DNA of 64,000 nt from Eubacteriales Family XIII. Incertae Sedis bacterium (GCA_031272485.1 JAISTV010000017.1:4385-68384), one strand, 5' to 3'. Counted from the first letter of the stretch, positions 17,943-28,359 are shown. Numbers and translations are program-made. The notes: generated by a model from the sequence alone, not told the origin.

Positions 17943-19292
17943 ATGGCAAGGAAAAGTTATCGCGGGGGCCGGATCGGCGAGGAAATCCGCCGGATCATAA
18001 GCGACCTCCTGCTGCGGGAGATTAAAGACCCGCGGCTTACCGGCTCTCTGGTCTCCGTCTCGGAGGTGTCCGCGGCGGCGGACGGAACGTTTGCCACCGT
18101 CTACGTGACCATGCTGGGAAGCAGCGCGGACGCGGAGGCGGCGGAGGAAGAGAAGAAGGAAGTGCTGGCGGCGTTTGAGAGCGCCAAGGGCCTTATCCGG
18201 CGGGAGATAGGCGCGCGCCTTCAGATGCGCTACACGCCCGAGCTTAGGTTCGCCTTTGACACCTCGGAGGAGTACGGGCGGCACATAGAGCGAATCATGT
18301 CGGACATAGGCATGAAGCCCGCGGGCAGAAACGGCTCGCACAGCCCGAAGCAGATAGCCGAGGCGCTCACCGAGGCGCAGCGGATTCACATCTTTCCGCA
18401 CGAGAAGCCGGACGGCGACACGCTCGGTTCGGCCGTGGCGCTGTGCCTGCTTCTGCGCGAGCTGGGCAAGGACGCGCTCGTGGTTCTGGACGACAAGATT
18501 CCGGAAAACATAGCCTTTATAGAAAACGGCTGCGTGGCGGCGGACTTTAGCGCGCTTCCCGCGCCGGATCTTTCCGTGCTCGTGGACGTGGCGGAAACCC
18601 ACAGGCTCGGCGCGCGCGAGGTGGCCTTTGCTTCCGGCACGCGCACGCTCTGCATAGACCATCACGTTTCCGGAAAGCCGGACTTCGACTATAACCTCAC
18701 GGACGAGGACGCGGCGGCGAGCGCGGAGCTCGTGTACGCCGTGGCAGAGCATCTGGGCCCGCTTTCCGTGGCGGCGGCGGAGGCGCTCTACGTGGGCATA
18801 ATTACCGACACGGGCCGCTTCTGCTACTCGAACACCACGGCGGGCACGCACGACATAACGGCGGACCTTATAGAGATAGGCGTGGAGCCGTCCAAGGTGG
18901 CCACCCTCGTCTATGACAGCGTGCGCCCCGAGAAGATCCGTCTGGAGACAATGGTGCTTGCGGGCATGGAAATGTTCGCCGGCGGGAAAGCCGTGCTGGC
19001 GTTTATGAGCCGGCAGATGCTCGCGGACGCGGGCGCCCTCGATGAGGAGACGGAAGGCATAGCGGAGAAGCTGCGCGGCATGGCGGGCGTGGACACGTCC
19101 TGCTTCGTGCGGGAGACCGCGGAGGGAACCATAAAGGCAAGCATGCGCAGCAAGGGCCTGGTGAACGTGGCGCAGCTCGCGGAGGGCTTCGGCGGCGGCG
19201 GGCACATAAGGGCCGCGGGATTCACCACGGACATGCCGGCGGCGGCGGTCATGGACGCGCTGCGCGAGAAGGTTGCGGCAGCGCTGGCATAA
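17943..19292 (+). CDS. rbfA: fused ribosome-binding factor A + DHH/DHHA1 phosphoesterase (NrnA-like)
   Basis: Residues 1 to ~120 look like RbfA (RIGEEIRRIISDLLLREIKDPRL..LRF.FD). The rest carries H.KPDGDTLGS, DHH and GGGH..AAG motifs. It is a single uninterrupted 449-codon frame. Confidence 0.85.
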   Translation: MARKSYRGGRIGEEIRRIISDLLLREIKDPRLTGSLVSVSEVSAAADGTFATVYVTMLGSSADAEAAEEEKKEVLAAFESAKGLIRREIGARLQMRYTPELRFAFDTSEEYGRHIERIMSDIGMKPAGRNGSHSPKQIAEALTEAQRIHIFPHEKPDGDTLGSAVALCLLLRELGKDALVVLDDKIPENIAFIENGCVAADFSALPAPDLSVLVDVAETHRLGAREVAFASGTRTLCIDHHVSGKPDFDYNLTDEDAAASAELVYAVAEHLGPLSVAAAEALYVGIITDTGRFCYSNTTAGTHDITADLIEIGVEPSKVATLVYDSVRPEKIRLETMVLAGMEMFAGGKAVLAFMSRQMLADAGALDEETEGIAEKLRGMAGVDTSCFVRETAEGTIKASMRSKGLVNVAQLAEGFGGGGHIRAAGFTTDMPAAAVMDALREKVAAALA

Positions 19293-19295
19293 GGC

Positions 19296-20159
19296 ATGGA
19301 CGGCATCCTGAACATAAACAAGCCGCAGGAATGGACCTCGCACGATGTGATAGGAAAGCTGCGGCGGCTCACCGGCGAGAAGCGCTGCGGGCATACGGGC
19401 ACGCTCGATCCCATGGCGGAAGGAGTTCTCGTCGTGGGCGTGGGCAAGGGCACCCGGCTCATAGAGTATATGGAGCAGGAACGCCCGGACGCCAAGGAAT
19501 ACCGCTGCCGGATGAAGCTCGGGCTCATTACGGACACGCTGGACATCTGGGGGAAGGCGCTCGAGGAGCGGCCCCTGCCGGCGGACCTGACGGCGGCGCG
19601 CATAGAAGAAGCGCTTACGTCGTTTATTGGCGTCATAAAGCAGGTAGCACCGCTTTACTCGGCGGTCAAGTATAAAGGAAAGAAGCTCTACGAGTACGCC
19701 CGCGAGGGCAAGGCGCCGCCGCCGGAGGCGCGCAAGGAGCGGGAAGTGACCATAGCGCGGCTTACGGTAGAAGACGTAGACCTCGCGGCGGGCACGGCGG
19801 ACTTTACGGTGGCCTGCTCGAGCGGCACGTATATCCGCACGCTGTGCGCGGACGCGGGCGAGGCGCTCGGCTGCGGGGCGGTTATGGCGGCGCTCACGCG
19901 CACGCGCAGCATGGACTTTAAGATAGAGGACACTTGTACGCTCGAGGACATAAAGCTCCTTCCGCTCGACGCGGGGCTCGGGCACCTCGGGAAGGTGGCG
20001 CTTTCCGAAGCGGACGCGCGGCGTTTTACCGCCGGGCTTGCGGCAGACGTGAAGGACATTCCCGCCGCGCCCGTACGGGTGTACGCGGCCGGGCAGCTTA
20101 TCGGTATCGGAAAAGAAAAAGGCGGGCGGCTTGCGCCCATAAAGGTTTTACAGACATGA
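19296..20159 (+). CDS. truB: tRNA pseudouridine(55) synthase
   Basis: GILNINKP...TSHDV and GHTGTLDP motifs. Confidence 0.93.
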   Translation: MDGILNINKPQEWTSHDVIGKLRRLTGEKRCGHTGTLDPMAEGVLVVGVGKGTRLIEYMEQERPDAKEYRCRMKLGLITDTLDIWGKALEERPLPADLTAARIEEALTSFIGVIKQVAPLYSAVKYKGKKLYEYAREGKAPPPEARKEREVTIARLTVEDVDLAAGTADFTVACSSGTYIRTLCADAGEALGCGAVMAALTRTRSMDFKIEDTCTLEDIKLLPLDAGLGHLGKVALSEADARRFTAGLAADVKDIPAAPVRVYAAGQLIGIGKEKGGRLAPIKVLQT

Positions 20160-21085
20160 TCGAATTTACATCGTTAACGTCCATAGGCGACATAGGCCCC
20201 ACCGCGGTGGCGCTGGGGAATTTCGACGGCATTCACCGGGGGCACCACGCCCTTATCTCGCGCACGGCAGCGTACGCGCAGGCGCACGGCCTGAAGACGG
20301 CGGTCTTTACGTTCTCCAACCACCCGCGGAACTTCATCGCGGGCAAGCAGGTGGTAAAGAGCCTGCTCACGCCCACCGAGAAGAAGAACATCATCAAGAA
20401 TCTGGGCGCGGACTATCTGTTCAATCTGCCCTTCGACGAGACGTGCACGGGCATGGAGCCGGAGGTGTTTATCCGCGACCTGCTGCTCGGGCACTTCAAG
20501 GCGGAGGCGGTGTTCTGCGGGTTTAACTTCCACTTCGGCAAGAAGGCCGCGGGGAACACGCTGGTGCTGGAGCAGGCGGCGGAGCGCGAGGGCTTTAAGC
20601 TCGTGGTGCTGGAGCCGTATATAGTGGACGACGTGCTCGTGAGCAGCACGGAGGTGCGCAAGGCCATATCGGCGGGTGAGATGGGGCTGTGCCGCAAGTA
20701 TCTGGGGCGGCCCTACGCGCTGACGGGCGAGGCGGTTCCGGGAAACAAGCTGGGGCGCAAGCTCGGTTTTGCCACGGCCAACGTGGTGCTGCCGGAGGAC
20801 ATGATGAAGCCTGCCTACGCCATCTACGTGACGGGCGCGGTCCTGGAGGACGGGATCGAGCGGCCGGCCATCTCCAATGTAGGTGTGCGGCCCACCATTG
20901 GCGACCACAAGGAACTGATAGAGACGCATATTTTCGACTATGACGGCGTGCTTTACGGCAAGCGCATCCGCACGGTTTTCTATGAGCGGATCCGCTACGA
21001 GATGAAGTTTGACGGCGTGGACGCCATGAAGGCGCAGGTCGAAAGAGACATCCTCACGGCCCGGAGCTGGTGGGCGAAGCGCTAA
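20156..21085 (+). CDS. ribF: bifunctional riboflavin kinase / FMN adenylyltransferase
   Basis: ATG 20156 overlaps the truB stop (ATGA). GNFDGIHRGH motif; C-terminal riboflavin kinase region (GFATAN..). Confidence 0.92.
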   Translation: MIEFTSLTSIGDIGPTAVALGNFDGIHRGHHALISRTAAYAQAHGLKTAVFTFSNHPRNFIAGKQVVKSLLTPTEKKNIIKNLGADYLFNLPFDETCTGMEPEVFIRDLLLGHFKAEAVFCGFNFHFGKKAAGNTLVLEQAAEREGFKLVVLEPYIVDDVLVSSTEVRKAISAGEMGLCRKYLGRPYALTGEAVPGNKLGRKLGFATANVVLPEDMMKPAYAIYVTGAVLEDGIERPAISNVGVRPTIGDHKELIETHIFDYDGVLYGKRIRTVFYERIRYEMKFDGVDAMKAQVERDILTARSWWAKR

Positions 21086-21137
21086 AAAGATGATAGAATA
21101 ATAAGACGTAAGTACATTCACGGAGGGCAGGATTTAC

Positions 21138-22532
21138 ATGGCATATCTATCCGGGGTAGAGCATATACACTGTATCGGCATAGGCGGGATAGGACTGTCC
21201 GCGCTCGCCGAAATTTTATTAAACGAGGGTTACCGCGTGTCCGGTTCGGATACGCAGGAGAGCGATACCGTAGAGCGCCTGATCGCGCGCGGGGCCAATG
21301 TCTATTTGGGGCACCGGGCACGGAACGTGGGCGCCGCGCAGCTCGTGGTCTATTCCTCGGCCATCCCCGATACAAATCCGGAGCTGGTGGAAGCGGCGCA
21401 GAAGGGCATCCCGGCCATATCGCGCGCGCAGCTTCTGGGCGAGCTTATGGACCGCAAGCAGTATTCCATAGCGGTCTCCGGCGCGCACGGCAAGACCACC
21501 ACGACCTCCATGATCTCCCTCATTCTCAACGACGCGGACCTGGACCCCACGATTCTGGTGGGCGGCCATCTGCGGGAGATAGACGGAAACGTCCGCATAG
21601 GAAACAGCGAATATTTCATTACGGAAGCTTGCGAGTACAAGGACAGCTTCCTGTCCCTGCTGCCGCGCTACGCCGTGATTCTGAACATAGACGACGACCA
21701 TCTGGACTTCTTCGAGAACATAGACCACATCATGCGGTCCTTCCGCGGGTTTGCGCAGCTTGTGCCCGAGGACGGCGCGGTGATAGCCTACGACGCGAAC
21801 GCGTATGTGAGTAGCATCCTGCCCGGGCTGGGCTGCCGGGTGCTGACCTTCGGCTTTAACCCGACCAACGACTTTTACGCGAAGGACATAGCGTTTAATC
21901 CGGGCGGCATGCCGGCCTTTACCATAGCCGTCAAGGGCGAGGAGACCTGCCGGATTCAGCTGCGCGTGCCGGGGCAGCACAACGTGGAAAACGCACTGGC
22001 GGCTTTCGCGTGTTGTTACGACCTAGGCGTGCCTGTGGAAAATATAAAAACGACGCTGGAGGCGTTCAAGGGAACGCAGAGACGCTTCACGCCGCTGGGA
22101 CAGACGCAGGGCGGCATCCAGATTATTGACGACTACGCGCACCATCCGACGGAGATTCGTGCGACCATAGCGGCGGCCCGCAAGATGCCGCACGAGAAAC
22201 TGTGGATTTTGTTCCAGCCGCATACCTACACGCGCGTGCTGGCGCTGCACGACGAGTTTGCGGACGCGCTGGCCGAGGCGGACAAGGTGGTGCTGGCGGA
22301 AATCTACGCGGCGCGCGAGAAGAACGTGCACCAGATCAGCAGCAAGTCCATAGCGGCCCGCATGAAACAGAACAACCCAGGCAAGGAGGCGTACTTCTTC
22401 AAGGACTTTGACGACATAGCCCAGTTCGTGCTCAACAACGCGGAGGCGGGCGATCTGGTTATCACCATGGGCGCCGGAGACATCTACAAGGTGGGCGAGG
22501 CGATTTTAGAAAGCGACCGCGCATTTCGGTAA
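21138..22532 (+). CDS. murC: UDP-N-acetylmuramate--L-alanine ligase
   Basis: GIGGIGLSALAEIL..G..VSGSD and GAHGKTTTTSM motifs. Confidence 0.94.
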   Translation: MAYLSGVEHIHCIGIGGIGLSALAEILLNEGYRVSGSDTQESDTVERLIARGANVYLGHRARNVGAAQLVVYSSAIPDTNPELVEAAQKGIPAISRAQLLGELMDRKQYSIAVSGAHGKTTTTSMISLILNDADLDPTILVGGHLREIDGNVRIGNSEYFITEACEYKDSFLSLLPRYAVILNIDDDHLDFFENIDHIMRSFRGFAQLVPEDGAVIAYDANAYVSSILPGLGCRVLTFGFNPTNDFYAKDIAFNPGGMPAFTIAVKGEETCRIQLRVPGQHNVENALAAFACCYDLGVPVENIKTTLEAFKGTQRRFTPLGQTQGGIQIIDDYAHHPTEIRATIAAARKMPHEKLWILFQPHTYTRVLALHDEFADALAEADKVVLAEIYAAREKNVHQISSKSIAARMKQNNPGKEAYFFKDFDDIAQFVLNNAEAGDLVITMGAGDIYKVGEAILESDRAFR

Positions 22533-22543
22533 AGGAGGCAGCC

Positions 22544-23332
22544 GTGAAAAAGGGAATGGATCGGGACGCGCTACTGGCGCAGTACCTGGCAGAGAAGGAG
22601 GAACGAAGGGCGCGCAATCTCGGCTATGCCGAAAAGGGCGTCTTTTTTGCGGATTTGGATACGGCGTACATAGACGAGGGCGTTAAGCTGGACCCCGGCG
22701 TGCAGGTAGGACCGTGCGTACGCATACGCGGGGAGACGCGCATAGGAAAGAACACGACGGTAGGGGCCGGGACGTATTTAGAGAATGCGACCATAGGCGC
22801 AGAATGCGCCATTGGCCAGGGCTGCCGGATAATAGATACCAGGATCGAGGAAGGCGTGAGCGTTCTGAGTTCGGTGCTCGTAAAGAGCAAGGTGGCGGCG
22901 GGCGCGTGCATAGGGCCGTTCGCGTACCTGCGGCCGGACAGCCGCGTGGGCAGGGACGTGAAGATAGGCGATTTCGTGGAGGTGAAGAACTCCGTCATAG
23001 GCGACGGCACCAAGGTCTCGCATCTGACTTACGTGGGCGACGCGGACCTGGGCAAGGACATAAACCTGGGCTGCGGCGTGGTGTTTGTCAATTACGACGG
23101 CGAGAAGAAGCATCGCTCGCGCGTAGGGGACGGCGCGTTTATAGGCTGTAACGCCAATATTATTTCTCCCGTGGAGGTGGGCGCCGGGGCGTACGTGGCC
23201 GCCGGGACCACCGTGACGGAGGATGTACCGCCGGAGAGCCTGACCATAGGCCGGACACGGGAGACGGTAATCGACGGCTGGAAGCGACGGAAAGCCGCGC
23301 CCAAGAAAAAGAAGGCCAAAGAAAAGGAGTAA
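22544..23332 (+). CDS. GlmU C-terminal-type left-handed beta-helix acetyltransferase (uridyltransferase domain absent)
   Basis: Resembles, as I recall it, the GlmU helical arm plus LbH domain (GPFAYLRP, NYDG..KH...VGDGAFIGCN..I.PV.VG.GAYVAAG.TVTEDVP). Only 262 aa long, and murC ends 11 nt upstream. Occupies the usual glmU-prs-pth position. Confidence 0.8.
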   Translation: MKKGMDRDALLAQYLAEKEERRARNLGYAEKGVFFADLDTAYIDEGVKLDPGVQVGPCVRIRGETRIGKNTTVGAGTYLENATIGAECAIGQGCRIIDTRIEEGVSVLSSVLVKSKVAAGACIGPFAYLRPDSRVGRDVKIGDFVEVKNSVIGDGTKVSHLTYVGDADLGKDINLGCGVVFVNYDGEKKHRSRVGDGAFIGCNANIISPVEVGAGAYVAAGTTVTEDVPPESLTIGRTRETVIDGWKRRKAAPKKKKAKEKE

Positions 23333-23335
23333 GTC

Positions 23336-24295
23336 GTGAGAAATACGCTTTTCGGAGATTTCAAGATTTTCACGGGGAACGCACACCCGGCGCTGGCGGC
23401 GGAGATAGCCAACCTTATGGGCAAGCCGCTCGGCCGCGCGGAGGTGGGCACGTTTTCCGACGGCGAGATTTCGGTGAGTATTCAGGAGGTCGTGCGCGGG
23501 CTGGACATTTACATAGTGCAGAGCACGAGCGAGCCGGTGAACCGCAACCTCATGGAGCTGCTCATTCTCATAGACGCCATGAAGCGGGCGTCGGCGGGGC
23601 GGGTCAACGCGGTTATTCCCTACTACGGCTATGCGCGGCAGGACCGCAAGGCCAAGGCGCGCGACCCGATTACGGCCAAGCTCGTGGCGAACCTGCTTGC
23701 GGCGGCGGGGGCGGACCGGGTGGTGACCATGGACCTGCACGCGGCGCAGATTCAGGGCTATTTCGATATTCCGGTGGACCACCTGCTGGGCATGCCCATC
23801 TTAGTGAGCCATTTTAAGAAGAAGTTTACGGACACGGATCTGGTGGTCGTTTCGCCGGACCACGGGAGCGTGACGCGCGCGCGGAATGTGGCGCAGCCTT
23901 TTAACGCGCCCATAGCCATAATCGACAAGCGGCGGCAGAAGGCGAACGAGAGCGAGGTCATGAATATAATCGGCGAGATTACGGGCAAGACCTGCCTGCT
24001 CGTGGACGACATGATCGATACGGCGGGGACCATAACGAACGCGGCGAACGCGCTCATGGAGCGGGGGGCGGAGCGGGTGTTTGCCTGCGCCACGCACGGC
24101 GTGCTCTCCGGGCCGGCCATAGAGCGCATAGAGGCTTCGGCCATTCAGGAGATGGTGCTGCTGAACACGGTGCCGCTTCCGGAGGAGAAGCAGATAAGCA
24201 AGATTAAGACGCTTTCCGTGGCGCCGCTTTTCGCGGAGGCCATGATGAGCATACACACGAACGGCTCGGTGAGCAAGCTGTTCGTAAACCGGTAG
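23336..24295 (+). CDS. prs: ribose-phosphate pyrophosphokinase
   Basis: GTG start; IPYYGYARQDRK and VDDMIDTAGT motifs. Confidence 0.94.
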   Translation: MRNTLFGDFKIFTGNAHPALAAEIANLMGKPLGRAEVGTFSDGEISVSIQEVVRGLDIYIVQSTSEPVNRNLMELLILIDAMKRASAGRVNAVIPYYGYARQDRKAKARDPITAKLVANLLAAAGADRVVTMDLHAAQIQGYFDIPVDHLLGMPILVSHFKKKFTDTDLVVVSPDHGSVTRARNVAQPFNAPIAIIDKRRQKANESEVMNIIGEITGKTCLLVDDMIDTAGTITNAANALMERGAERVFACATHGVLSGPAIERIEASAIQEMVLLNTVPLPEEKQISKIKTLSVAPLFAEAMMSIHTNGSVSKLFVNR

Positions 24296-24299
24296 GGCC

Positions 24300-24887
24300 A
24301 TGGGCATATTCAGGAAAGAAACGGACATAACCATACTGGTCGGGCTGGGAAACCCGGGACAGAAATACGAAAAGACAAGGCACAACGCGGGCTGGCGGGT
24401 TATAGACGCGCTGGCGGCGGCGCACGGGATTTCCGTGAGCAAGGAGAAGCATAAGGGGCTTACGGGCGAGGGGCGCATAGGGCGGCGCAAGGTGCTGCTC
24501 GTAAAGCCCATGACCTTTATGAACGACTCGGGGGCGTGCGTGGGCTCGCTGCTGCGCTATTACCGCATAGACCTCAGCCGGCTCGTTCTTATTTACGACG
24601 ACATAGACCTGGCTACGGGGACCATTCGCATCCGCAAGAGCGGCGGCGCGGGGACGCACAACGGCATGCGCAGCGTGCTGGCGCATATTCACGAGGAGGG
24701 TTTTCCGCGCATCCGGCTGGGCGTGGGCAGCGGCCGCGGGGAGCGGGAACTGGTGGACTTCGTGCTGGGGCGTTTTACGGCGGAGGAGAAGAAGCCGTTC
24801 GAGGAGGCCGTGGAGCGGGCAGCGCTGGCGGCGGCCATGATTGTGACGGACGGGGTGGACCTCGCCATGAATCGGTATAATGGATAG
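24300..24887 (+). CDS. pth: peptidyl-tRNA hydrolase
   Basis: LVGLGNPG..Y..TRHN.G and GTHNG motifs. Confidence 0.93.
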   Translation: MGIFRKETDITILVGLGNPGQKYEKTRHNAGWRVIDALAAAHGISVSKEKHKGLTGEGRIGRRKVLLVKPMTFMNDSGACVGSLLRYYRIDLSRLVLIYDDIDLATGTIRIRKSGGAGTHNGMRSVLAHIHEEGFPRIRLGVGSGRGERELVDFVLGRFTAEEKKPFEEAVERAALAAAMIVTDGVDLAMNRYNG

Positions 24888-27800
24888 AAAAATCACGCAT
24901 ATCTCGGGGCTGGCGGACATGCAGACGGCGCCGGCGGCAGCCCGTCTGAACGAATCCGGCAGCGTCCTTTTGATTACGCCTACCTTCGAGTGGGCGGCGG
25001 GGCTGGCCCGGAACATCCGTTTCTTTACGGATCGGCCGGTGCTTGTGCTGCCCGAGGCGGAACCCTTCTTTTACAACTTCGACGCGAAGAGCAGAAGCGA
25101 CCTGAACGAACGGCTCGCCGCGCTCACGGCGCTCACTTCCGGCGGAAACGCCATGGTGGTGGCGCCGGTTTCGGCTGCCATAAAAAAGCTGCTGCCCAAG
25201 GAGAACTTCCTCTCGCGGATTCTGCGGATTCGCGCGGACGAGGACCGGGACCCGGAAGAGCTGCGCGACAGGCTCAGGGATATGGGCTACGAGCGGCTTC
25301 CCATGGCGGAGAGCCCGGGCACGTTTTCCCTGCGCGGCGACATATTGGATGTCTATCCGCCTTCGGGGGAGGATCCGTACCGGATAGAGTTTTTCGGCGA
25401 GACGGTGGAGTCCATCCGCACGTTTGACGCGGAGACGCAAAAGTCCAAAGAGAAGGTGGACGCCTGCGTGCTTTATCCGGCGGCGGAGTTTCTGCCCACG
25501 GCGGATATGGCAGCGGCGGGGCTTGCGCGGATTCGCGCGGTCTACGAGAAGGCGGGCGCGGGCGCGGACGCGGAGATACGCAAGGCGCTCGGCTACCGGC
25601 TGGCGGCTATCACGGACGCGGCAGAGGAAGGCATTAACCGCCGGATACTGGAGAACTACACGGAGTACTTTACGGACGCGCCGGGGGACCTGGCGGACTA
25701 CCTGCCGGAGGACGGCATGGTGGCGGTGGCGGACCTTGAGCGGGCGCTTCAGATCGCCCGGCTTTCGGAGAAGGAGGCGCGAGAGGACTTCGAGCGGCTG
25801 CTTACGCGCGGGTTTGCGGTGCGCGAGGACAGCGCGTACTTTTCCGGCGGAGCGGACTTTGAGCGGCTGCTCGGCAAGCGCCGGCTTACGGTCTTTACGC
25901 CGGGGCACGAGAAGCCGCCGCTTCTGAAGAAGCCGGAGGAGCATCGGAAGTATGAGGGCCGGCTTCCGGCGGGGACCGGCGGCCGTATAGAGATTTTCAA
26001 GTCGGAGCTTAAGCGGTACCGCAAACTGAAGTTCCATGTGACGGTGGTTTGCGGCACGCCGGAGCGGGCGCGCGGCGTGCGGGACCTGCTGCTTGCAGAG
26101 GGACTGGCGGACGGCGTAAACGTGGTTATGGGCGCGCTCACCTGCGGCATGGAGCTCACCTCGGAGAAGAAGGTCTGGCTCTGGGACGGGGACATATTCC
26201 GCTCGGAGAAGAAGCGGCGCGCGCGCCGGGAGAAGGACGCGGAAAACCGCGCGCCCATCCGCTCGCTGCTCGACATAAAGCCGGGAGACTACGTGGTGCA
26301 CGAGGGACACGGCATAGGGCGCTATACGGGCATAGAGCAGCTGGAGGTGCAGGGCAAGCGGCGCGACTATTTGAAAATCGCGTATGCCGGGACGGATGTG
26401 CTCTACGTGCCGGTGGACCAGATGGCCCTCATCCAGAAATACATAGGCGGGGGCGAGGCCAAGCCGCGCGTACACAAACTGTCCGGCAGCGAGTGGAAAA
26501 ACGCGAAAGCCAAGGCCCGCGCGGACATTGCCGAGATGGCGGTAAAGATCGCGGAGCTGTCCGCGAAACGGCTCACGGTCAAGGGGCACGCCTTCTCGCC
26601 GGACACGGTCTGGCAGGCGGAGTTCGAGGAGAAGTTCCCTTACGAGGAGACGGCGGATCAGCTGCGGAGCATCCGGTCTATCAAGGCGGATATGGAGCGG
26701 CCGGTGCCCATGGACCGGCTGCTGTGCGGCGACGTGGGCTACGGGAAGACGGAGGTGGCGCTGCGGGCGGTGTTCAAGTGCGCCATAGAGGGCAAGCAGG
26801 CGGCGGTGCTGGTGCCCACGACCATCCTGGCGAGCCAGCACTTCTCTACGTTCGAGGCGCGGCTGGCGGACTTCCCGATTCAGGTGCGCATGCTCTCGCG
26901 GTTCCTCACGGACGCGGAGCAAAAGCAGGTGGCGGAGGAGGTGGCTTCGGGCGCCTGCGACGTGGTCATAGGCACGCACCGGCTGCTGTCGGAGGACGTG
27001 AAGTTCAAGGACCTGGGGCTGCTGGTCATAGACGAGGAACAGCGGTTCGGGGTGCAGCACAAGGAGAAAATCAAGGCGCTGCGGGCGAACGTGGACGTGC
27101 TCACGCTCACGGCTACGCCCATCCCTCGCACGCTGCATATGTCGCTTATGGGCATACGGGACATGGATATAATCGAGGAGCCGCCGGAGGACCGCTATCC
27201 GGTGCAGACCTATGTCATGGAGGAGAACGACGAGATTCTGCGGGAGACCATAAGGCGGGAGCTGGCGCGGGGCGGACAGGCGTTCGTGGTCTCGCGCAAG
27301 GTGAGCGGGATTGAGCGGATCGCCGCGCGCGTGCGGGCGCTGGTACCGGAGGCGCGCGTGGCGGTGGGGCACGGGCAGATGGGCGAGGCGGCCCTCGAAA
27401 ACGTCATGCTCGACTTCGTGGAAGGCCGGTTCGACGTGCTGGTGGCTACCACCATTATTGAATCCGGTCTGGATATCCCCAACGTGAATACCATTCTGAT
27501 TCTGGACGCGGACCATTTCGGGCTCTCGCAGCTTTACCAGCTGCGCGGGCGCGTGGGGCGCAGCAACCGGGTGGCGTTCGCCTACCTGCTGTACCGCCGC
27601 GGGAAGATTCTCTCGGAGACGGCGGCCAAGCGGCTGCGGACCATCCGCGAGTTTACGGAGTTTGGCGCCGGGTTTAAGATTGCGGTGCGGGATCTGGAGA
27701 TTCGCGGCGCGGGAAACCTGCTGGGCGCGGAGCAGTCGGGACATATGACGGCCATAGGCTACGAGCTTTATTGCAAGATGGTGGAGGACGCGGTGGGCGC

Positions 27801-28284
27801 GCTGGCCGGGCGCGAGCAGGAGCCGGAGGAGCGGGACGTGCAGCTGGACATCACGGTTTCTGCCTACATACCGGAGTACTTCATACCGGACGAGTCCCTC
27901 AAGCTCACGGCGTACAAGCAGATTACGGCCATAACCGACGAGGAGATGCTCGCGGAGGAGATGGCGGAGTTCCGCGACCGGTTCGGGGCGGTGCCGGAGT
28001 CCGTGCGGACGCTGGCCTACGCGGCGCTGCTGCGGCATCTGTGCGTGCGCGCGGGCATAGAGCGGGTGTTCGAGGAGCCGGGCCGGTTTGTGCTGGTCTA
28101 CGCCTCGGCGGAGCGGTTCGACCCGGTCAAGGTGGCGGAAGCGGCGGCGGCGTATCCGGCGCAGCTGAGAATCAAGGGGACGGTCAAGCCCATGTTGCGG
28201 TTCAAACCGGAAAAAACCGGCCCGGATGTTTTTGAATCCGATGTGCTCAAACAACTGGTACAGCTTGTGCGGCACGTGGTATAA
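24880..28284 (+). CDS. mfd: transcription-repair coupling factor
   Basis: 1134 aa. Has a CarD-like domain (GDYVVHEGHGIG.Y), superfamily-2 helicase motifs (GDVGYGKTEVA, DEEQRFGV) and a TRG region. Confidence 0.95.
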   Translation: MDRKITHISGLADMQTAPAAARLNESGSVLLITPTFEWAAGLARNIRFFTDRPVLVLPEAEPFFYNFDAKSRSDLNERLAALTALTSGGNAMVVAPVSAAIKKLLPKENFLSRILRIRADEDRDPEELRDRLRDMGYERLPMAESPGTFSLRGDILDVYPPSGEDPYRIEFFGETVESIRTFDAETQKSKEKVDACVLYPAAEFLPTADMAAAGLARIRAVYEKAGAGADAEIRKALGYRLAAITDAAEEGINRRILENYTEYFTDAPGDLADYLPEDGMVAVADLERALQIARLSEKEAREDFERLLTRGFAVREDSAYFSGGADFERLLGKRRLTVFTPGHEKPPLLKKPEEHRKYEGRLPAGTGGRIEIFKSELKRYRKLKFHVTVVCGTPERARGVRDLLLAEGLADGVNVVMGALTCGMELTSEKKVWLWDGDIFRSEKKRRARREKDAENRAPIRSLLDIKPGDYVVHEGHGIGRYTGIEQLEVQGKRRDYLKIAYAGTDVLYVPVDQMALIQKYIGGGEAKPRVHKLSGSEWKNAKAKARADIAEMAVKIAELSAKRLTVKGHAFSPDTVWQAEFEEKFPYEETADQLRSIRSIKADMERPVPMDRLLCGDVGYGKTEVALRAVFKCAIEGKQAAVLVPTTILASQHFSTFEARLADFPIQVRMLSRFLTDAEQKQVAEEVASGACDVVIGTHRLLSEDVKFKDLGLLVIDEEQRFGVQHKEKIKALRANVDVLTLTATPIPRTLHMSLMGIRDMDIIEEPPEDRYPVQTYVMEENDEILRETIRRELARGGQAFVVSRKVSGIERIAARVRALVPEARVAVGHGQMGEAALENVMLDFVEGRFDVLVATTIIESGLDIPNVNTILILDADHFGLSQLYQLRGRVGRSNRVAFAYLLYRRGKILSETAAKRLRTIREFTEFGAGFKIAVRDLEIRGAGNLLGAEQSGHMTAIGYELYCKMVEDAVGALAGREQEPEERDVQLDITVSAYIPEYFIPDESLKLTAYKQITAITDEEMLAEEMAEFRDRFGAVPESVRTLAYAALLRHLCVRAGIERVFEEPGRFVLVYASAERFDPVKVAEAAAAYPAQLRIKGTVKPMLRFKPEKTGPDVFESDVLKQLVQLVRHVV

Positions 28285-28359
28285 TACAGTGTTGTTTTCG
28301 AGAAAGAAAAGAATCGGTCGGTGCGTGCCGCGCGCCGGCGGGAAAGAAAGGAAAACGAA

